DNA of 33,167 nt. Origin: Opitutus sp. GAS368. GTDB lineage: Bacteria > Verrucomicrobiota > Verrucomicrobiia > Opitutales > Opitutaceae. Location of the stretch: contig CAMATV010000001.1 of the NCBI GenBank assembly GCA_945861235.1, positions 1 to 33,167 on the forward strand. The letters are read 5' to 3'. Both the position numbers and the translations under genes were made by a program. The notes below the pieces were generated by a model. That model did no database searches and was not told the DNA's origin. It was given only the letters and a program-made list of their open reading frames with translations. This document shows positions 9,401 through 16,600 of this stretch, one piece after another; position 1 is the first letter of the stretch; each line of letters starts with the position of its first letter.

Positions 9401-9910
9401 GACCGCAGTGGCTACGGCGAGCAAGCCGGTAAGAAAAGTGAGAAGAGTACGTGTTTTCACAGGAGGAGATTCGTTGTGTTTAGGTTGATTGGTTTTGGGT
9501 GTGTCGGGCGGCGGGGCGGGTGGGTTAGCCACCGGCGGGCCGCGTGATCGCTCCGACTCTTCCTGCTCCTTCTGCGCAGGTGCGGTCCGTTTTCGACTGA
9601 CGACAAGGGCACCCGTGGACTCGTCCTGGACGGCGAACAGAGCCGTGCCGGAGAGCATCACGCGGAGGGCATCGAGCGCCGCATACTCGCCGCGGACCGG
9701 CTGCGTCTTCTCGTCTCGGACATTTTCAACCAAGTAGACAATCTGGCAGCCGGAGTTACGGGCAAACTGCGTCAGCGTCGCGGCGGCATCACCACCCGGC
9801 ACATTGTAACTCTTCGTGGCCGCCGTGGCACCGGAGGTCGCCGACACGCCGATCGCGCAGCAAAATGCGGCTGCGAAAACCGGAGAGGCGGGGTAGATTT
9901 TTTGTGCCAT
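6425..9910 (-). CDS. TonB-dependent transducer: signal peptide, STN signalling domain, Pro-rich linker, CarboxypepD_reg-like domain, plug and beta-barrel
   Basis: Track ORF 6425..9991 starts at TTG. ATG at 9910 gives MAQKIYPASPVFAAAFCCAIGVSATSGATAA. The STN-like stretch is YNVPGGDAAATLTQFARNSGCQIVYLVENV...LRVMLSGTALFAV. This is followed by PPVANPPAPPPDTPK, then IEGRVLNSVTGSYLSNARITILG..NGAYRL, plug and barrel, ending in the aromatic ...GIKGEF. Confidence 0.85.
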   Translation of the reverse strand: MAQKIYPASPVFAAAFCCAIGVSATSGATAATKSYNVPGGDAAATLTQFARNSGCQIVYLVENVRDEKTQPVRGEYAALDALRVMLSGTALFAVQDESTGALVVSRKRTAPAQKEQEESERSRGPPVANPPAPPPDTPKTNQPKHNESPPVKTRTLLTFLTGLLAVATAVDAQTSSTIEGRVLNSVTGSYLSNARITILGSTLVTTTDVNGAYRLPGAPAGEVRIRAAYVGLEAKIEVAIVRPGETTTRDFELARAGDPVVMSEMTVIESREMNAQTLALNEQRNAANIKNVVALDEYNYNGQGNVGDLLKFIPGMSIVYSGNVASSIAVRGMPAYTTELLMDGAPLVSSGLTGPGRVARAAALPMSNVSRVEVNKVPTPDLPASGMGSSINIITKSGFERTRPLFTYTVYSLLRTDLPLTLQEVDVGTPSSHVSTIRRIMPSFDVAYMHPIGKKLAISLSAANILNYSDNTVAYPRWDENLLIQTSNGVRTSPGVQATRDGRVGVEWKPDDRNEFSASLSYRRRGSADGVSTLNTNYGAGATGDRTSTQGASTGVGSLSQTFGWNQFNIETKHGVFKYSHRGDLWKIAGQLSNSRSRTSFGSEGFPYFSGLGASISDLIIKGSGIGYGNEIYDLVPSAFTTTDRAGKLVDGNNGNIYTITSASTASQQTEVSRSEARVGLERSFSARVPLSIKFGASILVDEFDGARNDRTFAFRPTGTAADRLAGNNALVDTALHLDQGILNGGRPVLWVSPLKVYDLFMTSPGYFVLNDLTTYRTRVNNSKELTETITAGYFRGDVKLLGNRLFLVGGVRFEKTADDGMGPLNDPNAKYVRDGSGKLVLDGTGKPVPITTNPLQAEKLVLREREARTERSYDGLFPSLNATYEISERLLARFGFASTIGRPDLGLVIPGITISDAGATSQGTVTVVNTGLKPWTANNYDLSLESYFLKGGFGTVSVFQKDIKDFFTVVRTAATQELLSLYGVPSGESYLNYDIVTRGNGGDARVKGFEFSYKQDLAFLHSWASGVQVFFNYTKNSLSGSTTSDFAQFNPKMMSWGVSLVRPRYILKFTMAQQGETRRTATADVGRSTYQGAIDRDTISGEYQVTKKLSIYGQISDLLAGGYKDRVLIYDRSKNTPSHARLDRMIDSGISLTVGIKGEF

Positions 9911-10003
9911 GCGCAGGAGGTGCTTCACTCCTGAGACGCCGTATTCAAAAAAATGGGTAACAAACATCTTCACGAATCGGAGCGTTCCCAAGGATTAAAG
10001 GCG

Positions 10004-10029
10004 CCGCGAGAGGGCAACCGCCCTCGCGG
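10004..10029 (-). terminator. GC-rich hairpin just downstream of the FecR gene (candidate terminator/attenuator before the transducer gene)
   Basis: CCGCGAG(A)GGGC-aacc-GCCCTCGCGG: 10 bp with a 1-nt bulge. In minus sense it is followed by CGCCUUUAAUCCUU, only a partial U-tract. Confidence 0.4.
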
Positions 10030-10069
10030 AGTGGCTTGATTCCATTCTCCGATCATCGGGCCCACGGCA

Positions 10070-10112
10070 CCCACGGAACAGTCGGAAGGCCAGATTCCAA
10101 GTGTTCCGTGGG
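10070..10112. promoter_or_regulatory. 11-bp perfect inverted repeat CCCACGGAACA / TGTTCCGTGGG (21-nt spacer) between the FecR and transducer genes
   Basis: Arms at 10070-10080 and 10102-10112. A near-copy of the left arm (cccacggcac) sits immediately upstream at 10061-10070. Confidence 0.6.
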
Positions 10113-10227
10113 TAGCCCTGCTTTGGCCTTTGGTGGCGGCTGCGCCTCTACGGGTAGTTCGTGGGGGTTCCTCATCCATCGGTGGGACTGCGGTGGGGCG
10201 GCGTAGGCGCGCTGTAGAGTTTCCGGC

Positions 10228-11250
10228 CTATTGCGCCTTGCGCAGCACGATCTCGCGATCACCGCGGCGCTCGGCCTTCAGATCGCCGCCGCGCTCCAGC
10301 AGGCTGACAAACGCCTCGACGTTTCCGGCGGCAAACGTGCCACCCACCCGCCGGTCGCCCAAGTCGGCGTCGCCCAGATGCAGTTGGGTGCGGTTTTGCC
10401 GGTTGAATTGCGCAATGACCTTTCGCAGGGGCGTCTCGGAAAAGACCAGCATCTGCTCCTGCCAGGCGATCGCCTCCTGTAATTGCGCGGGCTCCAAACG
10501 CGTGATGATTGGAATCACTTCGGCCGCACCGCGCGGCACGAACGCACGGTCGCCTTTTTCCAAGAGCGGCGCTGCGGCCGGCGCCTCCGGTTTTGCTCCG
10601 GTCCACTGCTCGGGGGTGGACAACCGCACCTTTCCGGAGGTCACCACCACTTCGATCGACGCCGCGGCCATGCGGACGTTAAACGCGGTGCCCACGGCCC
10701 GGACCGTGACTCCACCGGCGGTCACCATAAACGGGCGCGCCTCATCGTGCGCCACCTCGAAATGCGCTTCGCCCGCATCCAGCAGCACGCGGCGCGCGGC
10801 GGAAGAATACTGCACCTTTGCGTTGCTGTTGGCGTTTAGTGTCACGGTGGAGCCATCCGGCAAGTCGATCTTCCGCATCATGCCCGCCGCGGTCGCATAG
10901 CCCGCATTCGGATTTCGGAGATCGTTACGCCACCAGATAAACCCGAGCATGAGCGCCGCGGCCGCCGCGAGCGACCAGACGACCGAGGCTCGGGACCACA
11001 TCGTCTTTCCGGCGGGTTGATGGCTCTGATGAGTGGCGCGGGCGGCAACCGGTGGCATTGCTTCAAGGATGCTCCAGGTCTCCTCCAATCGCTCAACGGC
11101 GTCTGCATGTCGCGGGCTCGCCGTCCGCCAGCGCTCGAATTCCTTCGCGCGTCCAGAGGCAAAGCCTTCGTCGCGTTCGATGAGCCAGGCCACCGCCGCC
11201 TCCTCGATGGGATCATGGTCGTCGAACGGATCGCTTTCCTGGGCGTTCAT
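10228..11250 (-). CDS. FecR-family anti-sigma factor / transmembrane sensor
   Basis: 340 aa. N-terminal anti-sigma region (EEAAVAWLIERDEG...RHADAVERLEETW), a single TM segment (VVWSLAAAAALMLGFIWW), a FecR core (DLPDGSTVTLNANSNAKV) and a C-terminal receptor-contact-like region. Its ATG overlaps the sigma stop (ATGA at 11247-11250). Confidence 0.88.
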   Translation of the reverse strand: MNAQESDPFDDHDPIEEAAVAWLIERDEGFASGRAKEFERWRTASPRHADAVERLEETWSILEAMPPVAARATHQSHQPAGKTMWSRASVVWSLAAAAALMLGFIWWRNDLRNPNAGYATAAGMMRKIDLPDGSTVTLNANSNAKVQYSSAARRVLLDAGEAHFEVAHDEARPFMVTAGGVTVRAVGTAFNVRMAAASIEVVVTSGKVRLSTPEQWTGAKPEAPAAAPLLEKGDRAFVPRGAAEVIPIITRLEPAQLQEAIAWQEQMLVFSETPLRKVIAQFNRQNRTQLHLGDADLGDRRVGGTFAAGNVEAFVSLLERGGDLKAERRGDREIVLRKAQ

Positions 11251-11804
11251 GACGCGGCCTTTTTCATGGTTTTTCCGTTCTGCAGCAGATCGCGCGAGGC
11301 GAAGAATTTGGCGCAGCGCCGAACGCCGCGGCCCAGTTGCACCTTTACAGTGTCGGTCGTGACGCCAAGGCGCTCGGCAATCTCCTTGTAGCTGAGGTTT
11401 TCCTGAAACCGCAGTTGCACCACTTCACGGCAGCGCTCCGGGAGACTGGCGAGGGCTTCCGCCAACGTCTCGTGCCGTTGGCGTTCATCCAAGAGATCGC
11501 CGACCCCGGGGGCCTCTTCCAGCGTAGGCAGTTCGTGCAATTCGGTCATTTCGACATGCTCATTTCTGGCCCGGCGGCGGAACAGATCCACGGCGACATT
11601 GTGCGCGGTCGAAAAGAAAAACGCCCGCGCGTGTCTGATCCCATCGCCTTTGGTCTGCGCCCGCAACATGCGTGAGAAAGACTCCTGCACGACGTCGTCC
11701 TGATCCCGCAGCGACGGGAAGCGCGACGTCAAATAGGCTCGGACGGCCGGTTCGTGCGGTTGCACATGCTCGGCAAACCATTGGAGTTCTTCAGGAGGGG
11801 ACAT
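11247..11804 (-). CDS. ECF-type RNA polymerase sigma-70 family factor
   Basis: 185 aa. Region 2-like: DVVQESFSRMLRA...AFFFSTAHNVAVDLFRRR. Region 4 HTH: LPERCREVVQLRFQENLSYKEIAERLGVTTDTVKVQLGRGVRR. The 4-nt overlap with the FecR gene indicates translational coupling. Confidence 0.9.
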   Translation of the reverse strand: MSPPEELQWFAEHVQPHEPAVRAYLTSRFPSLRDQDDVVQESFSRMLRAQTKGDGIRHARAFFFSTAHNVAVDLFRRRARNEHVEMTELHELPTLEEAPGVGDLLDERQRHETLAEALASLPERCREVVQLRFQENLSYKEIAERLGVTTDTVKVQLGRGVRRCAKFFASRDLLQNGKTMKKAAS

Positions 11805-11895
11805 CGGTCGGGGTTTTCCGTCGGGCGCAATAATGATTACCGCCGCCGGCCTACATGGGAAGTCAGGAAGAGCGGAAGTCGGCGAAAAGACTGAA

Positions 11896-12013
11896 AAAAC
11901 ATACCTGCGAGACCTGCGGGTGGTTTCTTTCGGTCACGGCCAAAACCCGGTTTTTGGGCGGGGGCTGATCGGAAGCTGGATTTTCAGGGGGATCGGATCC
12001 GGGAGGGGCTTTT
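11896..12013 (-). repeat. Repeat modules M1+M2, copy A, upstream of the ECF sigma gene
   Basis: 11896-11984 is identical base for base to 31983-32071. M2 (ctggattttcagggggatcggatccgggaggggctttt) occupies 11976-12013. Confidence 0.95.
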
Positions 12014-12083
12014 AACTTCGGCTTGGCTCCCGACCTTGGGCATCGCGACTGGTCTGCTGCGTGCGGCCGTGGACCCCTAGCAG

Positions 12084-12148
12084 GGTTCAGGTTTTAGTCG
12101 GCACATTCCGGCGGCTGACATTGGACATTAAAACCTGAGCCTTTTTTT
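12084..12148 (+). terminator. Hairpin plus T7 run, with intrinsic-terminator polarity on the plus strand only
   Basis: GGTTCAGGTTTTA (12084-12096) pairs with TAAAACCTGAGCC (12129-12141): 13 bp including one G-T pair. Followed by TTTTTTT at 12142-12148. The 32-nt loop can form an inner 6-bp stem (GTCGGC/GCTGAC). Confidence 0.55.
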
Positions 12149-12300
12149 GTTCCCTTGCCGAACCCCGGAATCAATTGCGCCGAAGAACGTTTACCCAGCT
12201 TCAACCGCCGCGACCCCAAACCCCAAAGCCTTCTCTGAGGAAGCGCGACGAGCGGCCGGCCATGCCCGAAAGCGGGCGCGAACGTCGAGCCTTTGGTCGG

Positions 12301-13614
12301 TCAGGATTCGTTGGCCTTGAGCACGCGAAGCATGTTGCCGCCGATAATTTTCTGGATCGTTTGATCGCTGTGTCCTCGCTGGACCATGCCGACGGTAAAC
12401 AGCGGCCAGTTGGTCCAGGCCAGCGAAGTGTCACGGTCCGGGCTGAGGGCACCCGGTGGCCAGAGGGCCTCCCAGCGGACTCGCGTTGGGTTGTTACGTG
12501 CCGGTAGTTTGACGTCGTTGGGTTTCACGCGGGATGTGTAGCCTGTGTCCGTGCCAATGCCGACGTGATTGGCGCCGAACCGCTTCACTAAATAGTCGAT
12601 GTGATCAAGGAAGGCGACGAGGTCTTTGTTACCGCCGAGGAAGTGGCCAATGCAGCAGACGCCGATGAGGCCATCGGTGTCGGCGATGGCTTTGATGACC
12701 TCGTCCTTCTTCGCGCGGATGTGTGGGTTGAGGGCGGCCGCAGAACTGTGGCTGGCGACCATGGGCTTCTTCGTGATTTTCGCAGCGTCGAAGCCGGTCT
12801 TCTGGCTGCTGTGAGCGCAGTCGGCGATTACCCCCTGGCGGTTGAGCTCGGCCACGACCATTTGGCCGAAGTCGCTCAGTCCGGCATCGATCGGCTCACC
12901 GCAGCCGTCGCCGATCGGGTTCCGTCGGTTGTACGTGAGGTGCATCATGCGCACGCCCAGCTCGGCAAAGACGCGGATATGACGCATTTCGTCGACGGTG
13001 TTGTTCCAATGTCCGACGAGGGGAACGCCATTGGTCGTCATCGTGATGGCGTGGTGGCCCGCTTTCTTGGCCGCGACAATCTCGTCCGCGCGCACCGCTT
13101 TAGGAAACCGTTCGCGCAGGCGGTCAGTGACGTAGACCCAACGGGCGAGTCTTTTCATGAGCCGCATCGGATCATTCCCCTCCTCGCCGGCGTTGCGGAT
13201 GATCGCCGTGACGCCAGCGGCCTGCCAAGCGCCCTCGTATTCAGCCCGCTCGGCGGCGTCGGTGACCATTCGGGTCATGCCCATGTCTTCGCGGGCATCG
13301 GCGATTTCCTGCTCAGCTGCGCCGGAGTTCATGATCTTCGCCAGGACGGCGTTATCGACTGCCGCGGCTGGGCCGAAGCCGTAGACGTCGAGCACCACGG
13401 AGTTAGCATGCAGCTCGAGGCCATGTTCGAGGTCTTTCGCGGAAGGTTTGAGGAGGGCGAGGCCGACCTGGCGGTGGGCGGCGATCTGCGTATTGGTGGC
13501 CGCAGGGGCAGGCCCGGCCGGCGCGGCGCCTTGGGCGGAGGGCAGCAAACTGGGTGCAACGAGGGGCGCGGCGGCTGCGACCAAGGAGTTGGCGAGGAAA
13601 GAACGACGGTTCAT
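12301..13614 (-). CDS. Tat-exported peptidase-M19 (renal/membrane dipeptidase) family protein
   Basis: Track ORF 12301..14031 overlaps the upstream receptor gene. The internal ATG at 13614 gives MNRRSFLANSLVAAAAPLVAPSLL (twin-arginine signal). Family-like blocks: MHLTYNRRNPIGDGCGE, IADCAHSSQKT, PMVASHSSAAALNPHIRAKKDEVIKAIADTDGLIGV, VGIGTDTGY. Confidence 0.8.
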   Translation of the reverse strand: MNRRSFLANSLVAAAAPLVAPSLLPSAQGAAPAGPAPAATNTQIAAHRQVGLALLKPSAKDLEHGLELHANSVVLDVYGFGPAAAVDNAVLAKIMNSGAAEQEIADAREDMGMTRMVTDAAERAEYEGAWQAAGVTAIIRNAGEEGNDPMRLMKRLARWVYVTDRLRERFPKAVRADEIVAAKKAGHHAITMTTNGVPLVGHWNNTVDEMRHIRVFAELGVRMMHLTYNRRNPIGDGCGEPIDAGLSDFGQMVVAELNRQGVIADCAHSSQKTGFDAAKITKKPMVASHSSAAALNPHIRAKKDEVIKAIADTDGLIGVCCIGHFLGGNKDLVAFLDHIDYLVKRFGANHVGIGTDTGYTSRVKPNDVKLPARNNPTRVRWEALWPPGALSPDRDTSLAWTNWPLFTVGMVQRGHSDQTIQKIIGGNMLRVLKANES

Positions 13615-13675
13615 CGTGGGAGGGAGGTTTGTGCTGAAGATTTTTTTGGAAATCGGTGAGAGGGGTCGCCGCGGC

Positions 13676-16600
13676 TTAAAACCGGCCGCTGACTCCGAGT
13701 GTGACGGTGACGTAGTTGTACATGATATCCTGAGCGCGCCCCGGGACGCCCTGATAGAGCCGCTGGGGTGCGTTAAAGATATTTGCCACGTCGCCGGTGA
13801 GTGAGACCGCCGGACGCAATTGATAGGCCAGACCCAGGTTGGTGGTCTTGAAAGAATACCGATAGAGGCTCGCCCCTGGACTCGTGCTGTTGTAACTGGA
13901 GATGTAGTTGCCGGTATAGTTATAAAGGATCCGGGTGCTGAAGCTCTGGTAGCGCCAGCTGAGACTGACATTGCCTGCCTTGGGGATGAAGCCGGGGACC
14001 TGCCCCGTCTTGCGCTCGGCCGTAGTGCCAAAGTTCCCCTTCGTGTCGATGACCGTATAGTTGGCGGCCCCGCTCAGACCCTTGAAAAGTCCCGGAAGAA
14101 AAGTGAACTGCTGGCGGTAGCTGAACTCCCATCCATCTACGGTGGCCGTGCCGTTGTTGGAGGAGGTTAGGCGCATGAAGCCGGCGTATTCACCATTATA
14201 GCCGTTGTCAGGTCCGGTGGGGACGATGCCGGTATTGGTGCCCGTCACGATATAATCCTTGATGGTCTTCTTGAACCAGCCGAGCGAAACGTTGCCGACG
14301 GGCTCGAAATAATAGTCGAGGGTGAAGTCCCAGTTCTTCGCGGTTTGCGGCAGGAGGCTGGGGTTGTTAATGGTGACAGTCTGGGTGGTCTCGTTGGCGG
14401 ATTCGCTGGGCAAGAGATTCGAAATGGCGGGTCGGCCGAAGCTGGTGGACCAACTGAGGCGGGCCTTGATGTCCTTGGTCAGATCATGGGTGAGGTGGGC
14501 GCTGGGGAACGATTTCGTATAGCTGCCCTTGCTCGCGCGCGCGGCACTTTCGTAATCGCGTTTCGCCGAACCCGCTGGATCGGCGACCTGCTGGGCGTTG
14601 GTGCTGCGGAGATTGGCGCGGACAAGGACCCAGCCCTGGCCCTCTGTATCGGTTTTTTCAGTACGTACGCCGGCGAGATAGCCCGTGCGACCAAGCCAAC
14701 CCTCGCGAGCGAGATTACCTTGGGCCATGAAATATCCGGCCGTCACCTCCTCGGATAAACTTCGCGTGCCGGAGTATTTGTTTGATTCGAAGAAATAGCC
14801 ATCTTCCAGCCAGAGGGCGGGGTTGGCAGGGAAGATGCCGGCCGAGCCGCCTCCGAAAAAATCGGATGTCTGCCACCGGGGAAGTTTCAGAGCGGTTTTG
14901 ATATTATTATAGGGGCGAGCGTTGGGATCGGCGGCGAGGCCGGTGGTGCCGAGATAGCTCCAACGCCGGGAGTAATTGGCGAGAGACACTTTCTGCGCGC
15001 GCCAAGATAAACCGGCTTTAAGGTGGGCGGGCACGGCCGTGGGCACGGTATAGCGCACGTTTCCGCGGGCTTGAGGCAGGGTCTGCGGTTGCTCGGAACT
15101 GGTCTTCAGAAGTCCGTTTGCGATCGGGCGATAGTTGGCCCCATTGGTGACGTCGAGCCCGGCAGTTTGGGTGAATCGGGGGAAGACATCCGACAGCGTG
15201 CGATCGATGGTCCAGCCGACGTTGCTCAAGCGGTTCGTGAGTGTGGTCTGGCCGCCTTGGGGCAGCAGGCCGGATTGCTGGTGGTTGCGGCTGAAGCTGA
15301 CGTTGTAGTCTATCCGCCATCGGCCGTACTCGTGCTCGGCTCCGAAATCCAGCAGGTACGTTTCAACGACATAGCTGTTCGGGCCATTGTTCACGATATC
15401 GATCATCGCTCCTGGAATCTGCCGTACCTGGGTGATTTTTTCGGTGTAGCCGGGGACGACCCCAGAGGTCGTCGCGTTTGGCACGGTGGTCCCATTCCCG
15501 GTGTACGCCGTCGCATTGTCGGTTCGGCGGAACCGCTCGACATTATCATTGATCGTCGCCGAGAGCGAAAACTTGGTGCTGAACGAATGACGGTAATCCG
15601 TCTTTACGTTCACGCTTCGCTGCATGCGGTTGTTATAACCTTCCCTCGTCTGGTAACTCCATTGGTAAGCGGGTTCGTTGAGATTGGTGGTGTTCTGAAA
15701 TTGGTTGGTCACGCGAAACTGACCGACGGCATTTTCGCTGTAAAAAATATTTGCCGCGATGCCCAGATTGCGAGTGCCCCCGAACACGCTGAAGACCTCC
15801 TGATAAGCGAGGTTCAATAAAGGATGGGAGCGGTGCTCCTCGCGCCGCGGCACCTGCTCGGTAAAGGCGGGGGCGGTCCTGACCGTCGCACTATAAGTTA
15901 CTCGGCGTTTTTCTTTCATGTTTAACGGCGACCGTGTCTTCATGTTGATCGTACCGCCGAGCGAGTCGGCTGTTTTGTCAGGCGTGTGCCCCTTGATCAC
16001 CTCTAATTGCTCGAACATCGTACCGGAGATGCTCTGGAGTTCGAAGGCGCGATTTGTGCCGATACTGGCCATGAGCCCTCCGTCTACGGTGACGGTGTTG
16101 AGCCCGGGCGCCATGCCGCGGATATTGAAAGCGTAGGCCAATCCCTCCTCGCTGGGGCTGCCGGCGATACCGGGCAGTCGCATCACGACCTCGCCTGCGC
16201 TCATATTAGGCAAGTTGCCGAAAGAATCCATCGCGACGATGTTCTTCACATTGCTCGCGTTCCGCTGTGCCGTGATGGCGAGCGCGTCACCTTCGCGTTC
16301 ACCCGTGACCTTGAACGCGTCCAACCTATAAATATTCGAGCTGAGTTCGAAATCGCGCAAGGCCCGCTGACCGGCGCCGATCGTAATCTGGCCGTTCGCG
16401 GAATCGAGGCCGATGTAGGATACGGCTATCTCGTGAGTGCCCGCCCGCACACCGGTGAGCACATAGCGGCCGGTGTTGTCGGTGAGGGCCTTGAGGCCTA
16501 GAGTTGGTAGCTCGACTCTCGCGCCTTCGAGCAGATTGCGGGTGGCGGAATTGCTGATCGTTCCGGTGATGGTACTGACGGGGGTCTCCGCGTTGATCGA

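Noticed and set aside
9911-9991. TTG-initiated 27-codon extension of the transducer ORF
   Set aside because: The ATG at 9910 yields a normal signal peptide. The extension (MGTLRFVKMFVTHFFEYGVSGVKHLLR) would bury that signal peptide.
10130-10900. 256-aa plus-strand ORF, and other ORFs overlapping the FecR and sigma genes
   Set aside because: They are antisense or out of frame relative to strongly supported FecR and ECF sigma genes, and their composition is low-complexity.
11976-12013. M2 as a simple sigma-70 or sigma-54 promoter
   Set aside because: In gene sense only copy F offers a TTGAAA-N17-TAACGC arrangement. The other copies have CTGAAA with non-conserved downstream hexamers. There is no TGGCAC-N5-TTGC. 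The distance to start codons ranges from about 60 to about 410 nt.
11833-12015. 60-aa ORF across M1-M2 copy A, and its look-alikes 31932..32147 and 17099..17299, sharing KTYLRDLRVVSFGHGQNPVFGRGLIGSWIF
   Set aside because: The amino-acid identity begins and ends exactly at the DNA repeat boundaries. The N- and C-termini are unrelated between copies. Copy C has a stop where the others have Trp. This is best explained as translation of a non-coding repeat.
12601-13659. 352-aa plus-strand ORF
   Set aside because: It is antisense to the M19 dipeptidase gene, which has clear family motifs. The ORF itself has no domain signature.
13615-14031. N-terminal 139-codon extension of the dipeptidase ORF
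   Set aside because: It would overlap the 3' end of the TBDR-2 gene by more than 350 nt. The internal ATG at 13614 gives a textbook twin-arginine signal peptide.
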